DNA from: Octopus sinensis
Taxonomy: Eukaryota
Assembly (NCBI RefSeq): GCF_006345805.1
Contig: NC_043000.1
Span: 120,962,001 to 121,026,000 of the forward strand
Length of the DNA: 64,000 nt
Reading direction: 5' to 3'
The stretch's first letter is position 1. Each line of letters begins with the position of its first letter. Below, one piece after another: positions 14,111 through 29,171 of the stretch. Under the pieces are notes generated by a model. The model saw only the letters and a program-made list of their open reading frames with translations. It made no database searches and had not been told where the DNA came from. The position numbers and the translations under genes are program-made.

Positions 14111-14819
14111 CAACACATATGGTATGAAACAAACATATGAATGTGATAAACGTTCATTGAAATCTTAAGGAAGCAGAATTTCCACTTTCGGAGCGGATCC
14201 CTTATTTGGCCAGTCATAGTGTTTCTGGTGAACGTGCGTAGCCTAGTGATTAGGGAGATGCCCTTACGATAGATGCGATTTTTTTCCCCACGAGAGTTCC
14301 GGATCCCATAATGAACTCATTTGCATACAGCCAATCAGAGCAGAGCCACCTTATTCCTTTCTTCCGTAATAGTCAGCATCGTGCATTCCTTACTCTTTCC
14401 CTCTCTACTGGCAGACAGCAACCTTTTTGTCACTATCGAAAATGAATTTCGCTATCACTACATATTCTACTGTCTCTAACTACCTGACAGGGAAACGAAT
14501 AAATATATGCAATTAATATTTCTTCCTTCTTGGTGTTGATTCTTCGATGTTCACTGGTTACTCCGAAGTTGGCACATATGATACACTTGCCCAAACTGAA
14601 ATGCTAGAGTTATTTCATTTTTCCGTGATTCTTTCCTCTTTTAATAATGCTTGTTGTTCTTGTTTCAACCAGGGCTGCCTCTGTGTAGTTATTTGTGTTG
14701 TTTTTACTTTATTAAAAGGGGAGATGGTTGCTAGCACATCACACTCTACTCACATTTTCCCAACCCACATGCTTACCATATGAGGCCTTAACAAAATCCG
14801 ATAATAGGTATAGACGCTT

Positions 14820-15120
14820 GTTTTTGTTTGTTCCTTCTCGAGTCATGCTTGGCTCATAACGACCGGTTTCCTGGTTTCCTTGGCATATATGTTCCCCACC
14901 TGGACGGGACGCCGGTCCGTCGCAGGTGAGCTGCAAGAAGAAAGAGTGAGAGAAAGTTGTGGTGAAAGAGTCAGCAGAAGTTCGCCATTACCTTCTGCCG
15001 GAGCCGCGTGGAACTTAGGTGTTTCGCCAATAAACACACACATCGCCCGGTCTGAGATTCGAACGCGCGATCCATCGACCGCGAGTCCACTGTTCTAACC
15101 ACTAGGCCATGTGCCTTCAC
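14820..15120 (-). mobile_element. tRNA-derived SINE, same family as 13825
   Basis: Homologous sequence; TSD-like GTATAGA(C/T)GC on both flanks. Confidence 0.88.
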
Positions 15121-15149
15121 GTGTATAGATGCAAATCATGTATAACTTG

Positions 15150-15280
15150 ACTTACGACACCGCTTCGATTAAATACAGTGCCAGTTACGCACTGGGGTCG
15201 ATGTATTCGACTTAATCCCTTTGTCTGTCCTTGTTTGTCCCCTCTATGTTTAGCCCCTTGTGGGCAATAAAGAAATATAT
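15150..15280 (+). mobile_element. 3' fragment of the GGCGGCGAGCTGGCAG SINE family
   Basis: CCAGTTACGCACTGGGGTCGAT...AAAGAAATA tail. Confidence 0.8.
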
Positions 15281-16124
15281 GGTGCAGTTTCTGAGAATTC
15301 ATAGTGGATCACTTACTCCCTACTTCTCATCTTCACCCCCCGGTCTCTCCCTTTCTCTCTGTGTTTGATTTGTATTCTTCTACCGTATTTGTAGAATTCG
15401 AGGTAACTTTTTCAATGACAACGCCATATCAGAAGTACGAAGTATCGAATACATTATTATATTATAAACACTATCTTTAAAAAACAAAAAAGTTGGATAA
15501 TACAACATTACACCGACGTCTACTATAAAAGATCAAAACTAACCTACCAAGTAATTGTTCACACGTTATCCAAACTGCTACTTTCCTTTAATTATAAATG
15601 AGACCTTAAAACGAAGATTGCGTTGAAAAGCAAAACAGCAGAAGAAAAGATTAAATAATAATTCTCGGCAGCAGGAAAAGAAAACTACATATGACTTAGA
15701 AAACATATATGCGCAGTGAAAGTAACAGTAACGCTAGATTAAGAACCTCGTAGGTGATGAAGATGGGAAAGACGAGGAAGGGAGAATGAACTTTAATATG
15801 AAGAAATATATAATTTAATTCATTATTCGATTCACCTGAATTGAACCAAATGCCTCGGTTTCCAATTAAATTCAACTCACGCCTTGATATACGAAATAAA
15901 TGTTATCGTATATCTTCCATACAAGCATATCCACATACGCTTTTCTACGTGTTTCATTAGATACTGCTTTATGTGTGAGTGATAATGGCGTGTGTTTGTG
16001 CGTTTGTTTGTTTGTTTTTAATTTTTGTGTTTGTGTGTTTGTGTATGGGTGCGAGTTAGGATCATTAAATTATCCTAATAACTGCACTCTCCGCTTGATT
16101 GCTACTATATGTGTGGGCGCGTGA

Positions 16125-16188
<64 letters not shown>

Positions 16189-16264
16189 TTATATATATAT
16201 ATATACATGCATATATACATACACATATATACATATATACATGCATACATACATATATATATAC

Positions 16265-16307
<43 letters not shown>

Positions 16308-16497
16308 ACATATGCATCCACACATACAAACAAGTATGTTTGTGTGTACATATATATATATCTATATATATATATATATGGTGTGTGTGTGTGTGTGTGT
16401 GTTTGTGTATATTATATTGTATGCATATAGTATGCATGTATGTATGTATGTATATATATATATATGCATATATAATGTATATATATATATGCATATA

Positions 16498-16575
<78 letters not shown>

Positions 16576-16845
16576 GTGATTTTGTGTGTGAGTGTGTAAG
16601 GTTGCAATCACAAATCTGTAATTTTAGATTTTTAATCTCATCCTTCTCTTTCAAAAGAATGCATGTATTTGCAAGTATCTCTATCTATCTCTCTATCTAT
16701 GTATATATATATATATATCTATCTATCTGTATGTATGTAAAGAAATAGAAAGGAGAGAAACGCATAAACACACGCTCATACACACATATAAGTATATACA
16801 TACGTATATCACAACACCCATATATGTATTTGTTTGCTGTGTGTG

Positions 16846-16888
<43 letters not shown>

Positions 16889-17960
16889 CGTGTGTGTGTA
16901 TGTATGTATGTGCGTATAGGCATGGATACATGCATAAAGGCGCATGGAATTTCTACCAATACATATCAATGGGCGCTCACTCGTATGTATAAACACGTGT
17001 GTATGTGTACTGTGCCAATACGTATGCCAATTTCTAGCTGTGTTTATTGGGGGAATATAATTTGTGAACACACACTTTTTAAAAAAATGTTATCCAGCAT
17101 AAACACCTACACTCAAGCCAAACAAACCTGCTCACACATTAAGAACAAACATAGACCAATACACAAACAACTATTACAGACATACATACACATACACATG
17201 CAAATGCACACAACACACATGTACACACCACAGGCGCACGTATATACACACACATTTATACGCAACACATACGCACACGGTGTTACGTACCCAGAAATAC
17301 AGACGCGAAGTCCGTATGGAACTTCACCGCCTGCTAAACGCAATTAAACGTAATTAACGCTATTTTCTCAACGAAAATGTGACCAACGCATGGCGTGTTT
17401 GCTTCATTTCAGAGTCGCTTATGCCTATTTATGTTATGGCATATCGGCAGATTTCACTTAATCATTGAATTAAATTCGATTTCTTGCAAACAAATTTCAA
17501 ATTAATTTAAATAAACTTCTACCGTATCACATCGTATCTAATATTCGCTTAATTATTTTTCCGTTCACCGAAATAAAATTCCTAATCAAATTATTCAATT
17601 TATCCCTCTTCGAGAGAAAAAGATTATATTATATTATAAAACACACAAATAGACATACATACATATATATGTATATATATATATATATATGAGTGTGTGT
17701 ATATATATATATGTGTGTGTATACAGGTATAGTATACGATTGTTGATAATATATATATATGTATGTATATATATATATATATATGTTTATATATATATAT
17801 ATGTATATATATATGTATATATATATCTATATATATATGTTTATATATATATATATGTATATATATATGTATATATATATATATATATCTATATATATAT
17901 ATATATATATATAGATATATATATATATATATATCTGTATGTATATATTTACATATGTGA
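16125..17960. repeat. Microsatellite-rich, low-complexity TA/CA/TG region
   Basis: Directly visible; main tracts at 16125-16575, 16840-16910 and 17645-17960. Confidence 0.9.
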
Positions 17961-18898
17961 AATAAACGTAAAATGTTAGTATTGTATACATATCACTCTT
18001 TCTATGCGTCTGTGTATATATGTGGTTGTGTGGAAATGAAATGAAATGAAATGAAACCCAATCTACTTTTAATATAATCATCATAAAGCATTCTTAATAA
18101 ACGTAGTGAGGGAATTTTTGTATATTTTTATTTAATTCTCCTAATCTCTTTTCACTGCACGTAAGCAGGCCATTTTTAGGTATGTTCTATAATCGACAGA
18201 AATGTGTCCAGTGCGTATATTATGATAAGGTCTGGATAGGAAAACGGAATCTAAATCAACTTTGGTAGAATCTAAGCACACGTTCTAAACACATAGAAGG
18301 AAATGTTGCTGTTCATTTCTAGTTCATCTCTTTTCGAGTTTATTAATGAATAGAAGCGTGCCCGTCGTGCCAATTCGATAAAGAAATCCATGAATGGATT
18401 TCTTTATCTGACATGTCAGTGCAATTTTTGAGAAGACAGGACGTGATCAAAAGCAAATTTGACTTATTTTTTGTTGTTCTGAAAACCATGCTATTTATAA
18501 ATCCTTGTTTTCAATTATTTTTTGAGCGAAATTGCTAGCTATTACTTGAGTCCCTTCTGCATTACCTCTTTCGCTCTCACACTGACAAATAACGTCTTTT
18601 AAAAAAATGAGAAAAATTTTTTGGCATCGTTTCCTCTCTTTCCAAATTACATGGCATTACAGATTTTGCATCCATCTCATTCTACTTTCTTCACGAAATC
18701 CGCCTTCACTTCATTCAATATCGTAATTTGCTTATGGCCTCTACAGGAAAGAGCTGGCTCAGAACGGTCTTCATTTATTCAACGGACTGTCTTGATCCAA
18801 ATTATATTTCGACATTTCCAATATGGTTGAGTATTTGTCAGTCGTTCTATAGATTCATAAATTCACAGCACCACTGCAGTCTCCATCGCCAGCATTGT

Positions 18899-18948
18899 GA
18901 CTACTACTACTACTACTACTACTACCACTACTACTACTACTGCTGCTG

Positions 18949-18992
<44 letters not shown>

Positions 18993-19011
18993 GCTGCTGC
19001 TACTACTACTA

Positions 19012-19063
<52 letters not shown>

Positions 19064-19082
19064 ATAATAATAATAATAACAA
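18899..19082. repeat. (TAC)n with TGC interruptions, grading into (TAA)n
   Basis: Directly visible. Confidence 0.95.
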
Positions 19083-19084
19083 CA

Positions 19085-19597
19085 GAAAAAAGATGGTATA
19101 GGCACACACCAGAAAAGGTCACAGAAAACGAGAAAGCAACCATACTCTGGGATATGCCAATACACACAGATAGCGAAATTAAGGCCAACAGACCAGATAT
19201 AGTTGTGAGAGATCATGAAGAAAAAAATGTTTTCTAATTGATGTATCAATACCAGCGGATGACAACGTGTCTCTAAAAGAAATGGAGAAACTTTCAAAAT
19301 ACAAAGACCTGGAAATAGAAGTAACCAGAATGTGGAATTTAAAAACAGAAACAATTCCTATCATAATAGGTGCATTAGGCATGATAAAAAATATTCAGAC
19401 AAATACATAACAAAAACACCAGGACTTACAAACATATATAACATACAGAAAATTGTACTACTAAGCACTGCACACATCCTACGCAGAACTATTTCCATAC
19501 AATAACCATCAGAGCATCACAACAAATCACAGCACATGCCCAAGGTACTGCGCTCGGTACTGAAGCGAAAGCACGATATAAAAAATAAAACTACTGA
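19085..19597 (+). mobile_element. 5'-truncated R4/Dong-like non-LTR retrotransposon (RLE domain + 3'UTR)
   Basis: HTPEKVTENEKATILWDMPIHTD..KANRPDIVV..LIDVSIP..EKLSKYKDLEIEV, a PD-(D/E)xK restriction-like endonuclease. Ends in (AAT)n. Confidence 0.85.
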
Positions 19598-19636
19598 ATA
19601 ATGATAATAATAATAATAATGATAATAATAATAATA

Positions 19637-19780
19637 ACATCGAAAATACCTTAGGAAGGGGAACCAAGGTTCGAAATTTCCCCAAGACACCTGATGAAGG
19701 CTGGAGGGTATATCAGCCGAAACGTTGTGTTAACAACAAACAAGATGAGGACAAGTATCCGTCGAATGTAAATAATGTGT
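19637..19780 (+). mobile_element. Short (AAT)n-linked non-coding repeat carrying a minimal hammerhead
   Basis: A second copy lies at 13198. Confidence 0.8.
19686..19731 (+). ncRNA. Minimal type-I hammerhead ribozyme with palindromic stem III
   Basis: GACAC-CTGATGA-A-GGCTG..CAGCC-GAAA-C-GTT-GTGTT. AACGTT is self-complementary. Predicted cleavage is after GUU at 19726. Confidence 0.75.
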
Positions 19781-19789
19781 ACTAGACTT

Positions 19790-20015
19790 GCCCAAAACCA
19801 TTGTATGTTGTGGCGACAAGTGCTACATTTGGACCGTTATGAAAAATGAGGTCTAGAGAAAGGCAAGACATGGTATAAGCACGAAACTTGGAGAAATGTA
19901 CAGTCGGCGACCTGCAAAATCCTGTAGGATTTCCCAATCCAAAAAGACCAGGTGTTAGGGCACAAGAAGCTGGACATAGTGATTGTGTACAAGCTGAACC
20001 ACATGTTCTCAAGAA
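19790..20015 (+). mobile_element. Degenerate RLE retrotransposon fragment
   Basis: GLEKGKTWYKHE..CKIL*DFPIQKDQVLGHKKLDIVIV; followed by (TAA)n. Confidence 0.6.
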
Positions 20016-20020
20016 TTGAT

Positions 20021-21049
<1,029 letters not shown>

Positions 21050-21097
21050 TGATGATGACGATGATGATGATGATGATGATGATGATGATAATAACAA

Positions 21098-21452
21098 TAA
21101 TACCAGCAGATGACAATTCATCTTTAGATGAAACGGAGAAGACCTCAGAATACAAACATTTCTGAATAGAGGCAACTCGAGTGTGAAGCGTAAAAACAGC
21201 AACAATCCCTATAATAATAGGTGTATTATGTATGATTGAAACATATTCAGACGACTACACAACCAAAACGCCAGGAATTACAAAATATAAAACATAAGGA
21301 GAATAGCATTACTAGGCACTGCACATATCCTACTTAAAGCACGTGTAATACAATGAAAATAAGAGCATCACAACAAACCAACAACATACCGAAGGCATAC
21401 AGAGCTGCGCTCGGTGGTGCAGCAAAAGCACGTGATAAAAACAAGACTACCG
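21098..21452 (+). mobile_element. Older 3' fragment of the subfamily at 19085
   Basis: Homologous to ~19250-19597, including the UTR AGAGCATCACAACAAA; ends in (GAT/AAT)n. Confidence 0.75.
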
Positions 21453-21476
21453 AATGATGATGATAATAATAATAAC

Positions 21477-21536
<60 letters not shown>

Positions 21537-21550
21537 CATTATTATTATTA

Positions 21551-21606
<56 letters not shown>

Positions 21607-21639
21607 ACAACAAAAACAACAAAAGGGGCTGGTTCCTAA

Positions 21640-21955
21640 CTAGCTCCGATACCAGCTGATAGCAAAAGGGACTGATACCAGGAAACCCCAAAATGGCAGA
21701 AATTCAAAAGATAATGTTCATGGGAACTGCCCATATCGTACGTAAAATACTGTAATCTCAAATTTTAAAACAAACTTATAATTTTGTTATGTTTTCTTAA
21801 ACATTCTCTAGATCAAAACATTCTCTAGATCAAATATATGACACCCTAGGCATAACACCAACATGAACTTCTAACTTGTTGTCTCTTGAGGTCTCTGGGT
21901 ATGAGTTGGAACTGACTTGTTCAGATACAAAGCAAAAGTCAAACATATAATAATA
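21640..21955 (+). mobile_element. 3' fragment of the subfamily at 20065
   Basis: Homologous to ~20660-20945 (GGAAACCCC..GCAGAAATTCAAAAG...CAAACATATAATAAT). Confidence 0.8.
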
Positions 21956-22379
21956 AATTTTTTTTTTTATGGAAAGGGACATTAAAAATAGCAGAAATTC
22001 GAAGGAAATCAGCGCCAGATATAACAGAGTAAGTAAAAATGCATATAAAGATATTAAAATAAAAGTAACAAGTAATTAAGAAATGGAATGAAATTATCCA
22101 ACAAAATGTCAAAAATTACAAAATTAATTATCAGAAAAAAAATTGTAGATAATTAAAACCTGAAGTAAGAACGAGGGAACTGGAAAAATTAGTTGAGAAA
22201 GAAGTAAGCTAGTAATGGTTATTATTCTAAATATTTGCTAATCGATATGACTCGATTTTCTTAATGCTACTTATGTGTTTTTCCACACGCTCTGATTATC
22301 TACATGTTGTTGTTGTTCCTTTTATTATTGTTGTTTTAGATTCTTTTACTTCTCGACTCTTAATATTTATCCAAAATAA

Positions 22380-22726
22380 AATTCTTAAACACACACACAC
22401 ACACACTCGCCCACACACGCACAGACTACACACATACAACACACATACACTGATGTTTGTGTGTGAGTGTATGCATTTACATACGTGTATATTTATATAT
22501 GTATAAATATATATGCATGTATATATATTTGTGTATGTGTGTGTATGTATGTGTACACACACATATATTCATATATATATGTGTATATACATATATCTTT
22601 ATGTATATAATTTCTATATACGTAAGTACGTACGCATGTATGTTATGTATGTGTTATATATATGTGTGTTATATATATATATATAATATACCCATACATA
22701 TATAATATATATATATATAATATAGC

Positions 22727-22762
<36 letters not shown>

Positions 22763-22931
22763 CATATGCACACACCTGACGAAGAGCTCCGCTCGAAACG
22801 TAAAGCCCTCCTTCTTCCCTTCCTTCCCGAGCGTCCAATATATTATATTTGTTCCACATCCTCGCGTTGTTGTGCTTTCTCTGTGTGTTTTCATATATGG
22901 ATTAACCATATGTATATATATATATATATAT

Positions 22932-22980
<49 letters not shown>

Positions 22981-23207
22981 ATATATAGTATATCTATATA
23001 TATATATCTATATGTATATATATATATATATATATATACTATATATATATATATATATATATACTATAAATATATATATATACATAGATATATATATATA
23101 TATACATACATTATATATAATTGTTGAAGATGATGAGTTTACAGATCTCGATGTATGGTTAACGTTGTTCCTATTGAGGATGCAGCTGGTATTGTGATTT
23201 TGGCATC

Positions 23208-23239
<32 letters not shown>

Positions 23240-23611
23240 TATATATATGTATATATATTATATATAGATATATATATATATATATATATAAGTATAGTAT
23301 ATATATATAATATATATATTATATATATATGTATAATATATATGTATATATTCGCATACACACACATACACACATATATGTTTTGCTCTTAGTTCTATTT
23401 CGTTATTTGTTACACATCTCGTCATGCGCAATTAGATTTCCTTTCAAGTCCTGTTCGCTGTCTCAGGTCCTAGAGATAAAGGTCAATGTTGTTTTACACA
23501 GCATTTCAATAGTCCACTTGTTGACTTCTTCACTCACCACATGTATTTGCGTTGTGTGTGTGTGTGTTGTGTGCGCGCGTTTCTGTATGTATATATATAT
23601 ACATATACATA

Positions 23612-23650
<39 letters not shown>

Positions 23651-24280
23651 GTACACTTACATATATACATACATATTTATGTCTTTGTGCATGCACATGT
23701 ACATATACATGTGCATTCACATAGACACATGCACACAACGCGCGTGCACACACGCACATATATATTGCATATATTTATGCATATAATATATACATATTAA
23801 AATTGTAGGTATTTATACGTATATGTACATATATAGATGCGCATGTACATGTATTTGCATGAATATATATATATATATATGTTCCTATATCTTCATATCT
23901 ATCTTTGAAATTATATACGTATACATACACATATATATATATATATGTGTCTGTGTGTGTGTGTATCTGTGTTTATGTGTATGTGAGTAATCAGTAGTTA
24001 TATACACATATACACATATACAGTAGAATATACACGTATACACATTAAGTTAAAGATGTTTTCGCGGTTGGCGATTGTGTGTGTATGTGTGTCTGTATAC
24101 ATGTGTTCTAATTTTCTCTTTTGGCGTATATATTTCTGTCGAAGTACGCCGTTATGCCTGTTTGTTTATCAGAAACTGTGCTATATATCTGCATATCACT
24201 GGACGTGCATTCATCCATTTGACGCATTTTACACATACATGTACCCATACACATACACACCCGTATATAATATTTATATA

Positions 24281-24339
<59 letters not shown>

Positions 24340-24400
24340 TGTGTGTGTGTGTTATGTGTGTTTGTGTGTGTGTTTGTGTGTGTGTGTGTGTGCAAACGCA
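22380..24400. repeat. Microsatellite and low-complexity field
   Basis: Directly visible TA/CA/TG tracts. Confidence 0.9.
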
Positions 24401-25284
24401 CGTAAACGCAGAGACGAACACGCGCGGCATAATTGTTGATAATGTATGAAAGTAAGCAGTACGTATTTCGTTCATCTGCACTTGATGGTCAAATATTGTG
24501 AGTGCACACGTACTCCTCTGATTATATTTTGTCCAGTAACTAATACCTGTGTGAATAATACAAAGGAATATGTGCTCCCATTTTTTAAAAATTCCTTATA
24601 AATAACACAGTGAGTTTTTACTATATTTAGTCTATAAGACATCTTAGAGAATCTCTTGGCAAGGGAACGGATAAACTTCGAATCTGCAAAGTCTCACTGT
24701 GTGTTTTCGAAGAAAGGGATATCACCGTGTTGTAGTTGAATGTAGGAGGAAATCCCATTCCGCTTATCACAGAACCTTCGGTATGTAATAAATCTCGGGC
24801 AGGTACTTAACACCAGTTTAAAGGAGAATTGGTTGACTCAATGATGGTGACCAAAGCAAACTTAGAATGTTGGCTGAAAGCGTACAAAAACCTGGACTAA
24901 CAGAAAGAATCTAGGTTTAGTTTCACAAACACGGGATCCTCTCAAAGATACTCTTCTTTCTGCTTGTTTATGGAATCGTTATCCTAGTGCTACAGGGCTT
25001 AGAGGACATGTTAATTAGCCTCTAGCTTCGCTACTCTCCTTGCGCCCTGTCGTGTTATATGGAAACAACAACACGCACAAATTGTATTTGAATACTATGC
25101 GAATATTCTTTTACAAATCTTTTCTTTTAATTTTACCAAAATTTAATTGTTTTCCATACTTACAGTTGAAAAAGTCTCAATTACCGAAAGTGGTACTGAA
25201 ATATTTTTATAACATTGTTTTAGCATTTTCTACCGTGACATTTTTTCCATATACATATATATCAACTCGAGGGTGTCAGCATCA

Positions 25285-25480
25285 TGATCGATTGCTGGTC
25301 CAGGCGACGCGTTGTGTTCTTGAGCAAAACTCTTCATTTCACGTTGCTCCAGTCCACTCAGCTGTCAAAACTGAGTAACACTGCGATGGACTGGCGTCCC
25401 GCTCAGCTGGGTATCACATACGCTATAGAAACCGGGAAACTCGGCCCATGAACCTGGCTAGGCTCTAAACAGGGAGCATT
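25285..25480 (+). mobile_element. 5'-truncated SINE, same family as 57118
   Basis: GGCGACGCGTTGTGTTCTTGAGC...GCGATGGACTGGCGTCCCG...GGCTAGGC. Confidence 0.75.
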
Positions 25481-25990
25481 TATTTTTTTATCTATTTTAT
25501 ATATATCAACTCGTGTATTCCTTTTCAACTTAGTACACACGTATATATATAAATATGTATGTATAGGGAGAGAGAGAGAGAGAGAGAGAGAAGATACTGA
25601 CAGAGGTATTAAGGTATAATAACACTTTTATATTAAACTAATGGATTACATAATACTCTTTGTAGAAACCAAAATTACTGTTCTTTACCAAGAATAGTAC
25701 TGACAGTGACTTCGATGTTCCAGCCCGCTGAGGCATCAACGGACTGCGGCACATTTGATTTGTCTTCACTTCTTATAGTCTTTCTGGTGTAGGTGTAGCT
25801 TTGATCATTGGTATTATTTTCGTTGTAAGCGTTTGATGGGGAGGTGTTATGACATTTTTTATTGATTAATCTGGGGTTGTGGAATTGATCAGAAATCACC
25901 CATGCATTAAAAACTTTGTAATTGTGCGTGTCTATTTATATGCCAGCTTGAAGTGATGGGGATGTTTATATGAGTTCTCGAAAGAATATA

Positions 25991-27150
25991 TCTTTATATA
26001 TATAAAACTGAGAATGTGTGTCTGTCTGTCTGTGTGTTTCCCTAAAACTTGAGAACTACACAACCGATTTCATTCAAATTTTACACATGCCTTACTGAGG
26101 GTCCGGGGAGTGTCATCGGCAAAAGACAATTTTAACTGTTTGCCTAGGGCGAGCTCACAGCAATATCATATCTTCTCCACTACGATTCCCTAAAACTTCA
26201 GAACTACACAATCAATTCCATTCAAATTTTACACATACCTTACTTAGGATCCATGTAGTGTCATGGGCAAAACAAATGTTCAACTTCTTGCCTAGAGCGA
26301 GCCCATAGCAATATCATATCTTCTCCACTATTTCAGTATTACGTGTTAAAAGTGAAACGAAAACGTTTCTCTATTTTATGTCAGATACTTTCACTTTAAC
26401 AATAAAAATAATAATAACAATTGAATTATATGTAGTAAGTAATAATTAAAATCAAACTAAAGTAACATGACAAAAGTAAAAATAGCAATTGGTATAAATT
26501 GCATCAATGATTTGAACTTGAATAAGTGGTTTCACATGAATGGGAATAAATTAAAAATAGCGTGCAGAAATGGAATAGTCCAGAGGAATAATAATAAATT
26601 AAATTAAAGAAAAGACTATTGTCTCTAAAGTATACAATGTAGAGAAAAAAGATTTGAACATATGGATGAAAGCACCTTCAAAAAGTGTCTTGGTGCGACT
26701 ATGAAAGGTATCTATTGAGGCGGTAAATTCGCCACAATAGAAGCAAGGTTCGAGTCAACGGGGCGTGCAAGGGAGTACTCGACTCGAGTTTGCGAAGTGG
26801 AATTATTTTATTTTTACATTTATATCTGGGACGTAGAACGTTCCGGAAAAAATGTTTAATGCCCCCCCCCCTCAGAAGTAGAGGTAGGGTGGATTGTAGT
26901 CACAATTCTATACAAGAGGGAGGACAAGATGCAATTGATCGAAATTACAAGTGACGGGCTAACAATTCCAGTCTGTTATATATTTTGAGTATTGTTATCA
27001 CTAGTGATATCAAGTTATAACTTTGTATTTTGTATTTTATGTGTAGATGTATATATATATATAGATGTACATGTAATATGTACACATATATATACACATA
27101 TATACATGCACTAGCACTATGACCCGGCAACGACGGGTCTTTAATGCTAG
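25991..27150 (+). mobile_element. Non-autonomous Helitron-like element
   Basis: Starts A|TCTTTATATATATAAAA..(TGTC)n and ends with hairpin CCCGGCAACGACGGG then CTAG|T. Internal ~170-bp duplication (26040 and 26208). Confidence 0.75.
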
Positions 27151-27185
<35 letters not shown>

Positions 27186-27983
27186 GTGTATGTGTGTGTG
27201 TGTGTGTGTGGAAAGGGTCAGTTAGTCAGTAGATACTCCACTAGTTTGAGTTCTTGAAGGTACTATATAGATACTAATGGGGTACTTAATCTTTTCTAGT
27301 TATGTGAAGATTAAAGTTCAGACTTCAGCCTACCAATTAATCCTTGGTAAATAGATGTGTTAGATTTTGCGTCATGCATGTTTTAAGGGCTCACAAACAA
27401 AAAGTTAAATTCCCCTAGTATTCAGATAATACACAAACTAAACAATCCTAAAACGACTGCATTAACCTGAGGCTGACGCACTTAAATACACATTTGATTA
27501 CAAAGAGCGAAATGCATGAATAAATTCTGAACAATACCTCAACCCCAAATTTATTCAATAAAAATTTTCTATACCACCACTCCGCTGTAATCTTACCTTC
27601 AATGTAATTATCATTGAAAATAGCTCTTCATACTACAGAAACGTTTTAATCAATAGAGGATATATAATGCCAAGATCAAGTCAAATTTACTACAGTCCGA
27701 TGATGGTTTACAAGCCTGAAACTTCGAATTTGTGGTAAATACTATATTTGTTAAAAATAATATATATGCATACATGCATACATACATTCATACATTTATT
27801 CATACATAGATACATAAATATAAATTTGTGTGTATATATACATATATATACATACATATATACATGTATATATATACATGTTTATATATATATATATATA
27901 TACGAAGAGGAATACAAAGGAAGCGAAAATGAAAGGTGATATGCATATAGATAGGTATGCACTGGATGTACATACATACAAAC

Positions 27984-28085
<102 letters not shown>

Positions 28086-28852
28086 TGAGTGAGGGAGGAA
28101 GGTGAGAAAGAGAGTGAGAAGTGAGAGAAGAAAAGATACATATATATATAGAGAGAGAGAGAGAAAGAGAGATATCAAAATGCATGAATATACATAGAAA
28201 TACAAGATATTGGCGACAGCTTCGGAAGTGATTATACATTCATAGCAGTGCAATATCTGTGATTAAACTGGAATTGAGTCGAACGTGAATAGGTGACTAT
28301 ATAAGCATCGTATAGGTTTGATTTATTGCAGTATGTTTACAAAAAAAAAAAAGAAAAGAAAAAAAATAATGATAAAAATAATAATAATGATAATAATGTC
28401 AATAATAATAATTATAATGAAAGCAGGGAAATTGATTTCGAAATGAAGGAAACCGTTAGCATAAGATATTGCTTCCAATAGAGGAATGGAAATGATGAAT
28501 TTGTAAACGCAGTTCCATTGCTTAGAATTTATAATATCGCTAATGGAATGAGCATTCGATAGGTGTTCTTTTACTTAATAAATAAATAAATTCATGCGTA
28601 TTTGTATCAAGTTTCTCAATCCATTGTGTTGTAATAGAGGCTTCTCTTTTCGGAATACAATTTTATACACAAGTTCTATGATTCGCCGTTTAGATTCTAT
28701 TTTATTAAGTAAGACCTTTATTTTTTTTCTCGCTATTTTAAAATATTACTGGAACGTTTACTGGATATTAACTATGATGCTAAATGCCATCGGAAAAGTT
28801 GCTCCAGATTCCTGTATCGTGCACACGAAAGCGTTACACCTTAAATATAGAC

Positions 28853-28985
28853 AGGTGCACGCATGGCTGTGTAGTTAAGAAGCTTGTTCTGTAACCACGA
28901 GGTTTCCTGTTCAGTCCCACTGCTCAGCACCCTGGGCAGCGTTGCCTACTATAACCCCAGATAGATCTATATCTTTGTGAGTCAA
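28853..28985 (+). mobile_element. CORE-type SINE head/body
   Basis: GGCTGTGTAGTTAAGAAGCTTG..CAGTCCCACTG..CCTGGGCAG; followed by a TA/TG microsatellite. Confidence 0.65.
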
Positions 28986-29003
28986 CCTGATAGACAGAAA
29001 GTC

Positions 29004-29090
<87 letters not shown>

Positions 29091-29117
29091 AATATATATA
29101 TATATGCATATAAATAC

Positions 29118-29149
<32 letters not shown>

Positions 29150-29171
29150 ATGTATGTTTGTGTCTGTGTGT

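Noticed and set aside
18620-18880. Possible RTE-LINE 3' remnant on the minus strand
   Set aside because: Too degenerate to support by eye.
18855-19109. Poly-V/poly-S and poly-Y ORFs
   Set aside because: These are trinucleotide-repeat translations.
24835-24895. ATGATGG...TTGGCT-GAAAGCGTAC hammerhead-like string
   Set aside because: The core has several substitutions and stem I is not evident.
25675-25899. 74-aa minus-strand ORF
   Set aside because: No recognisable domain and no convincing splice acceptor.
27597-27632. 36-bp minus-strand micro-exon candidate (YEELFSMIITLK) with an AG|GTAAGA donor
   Set aside because: Short enough to arise by chance, has no partner exons, and lies on the opposite strand to the other candidate exon.
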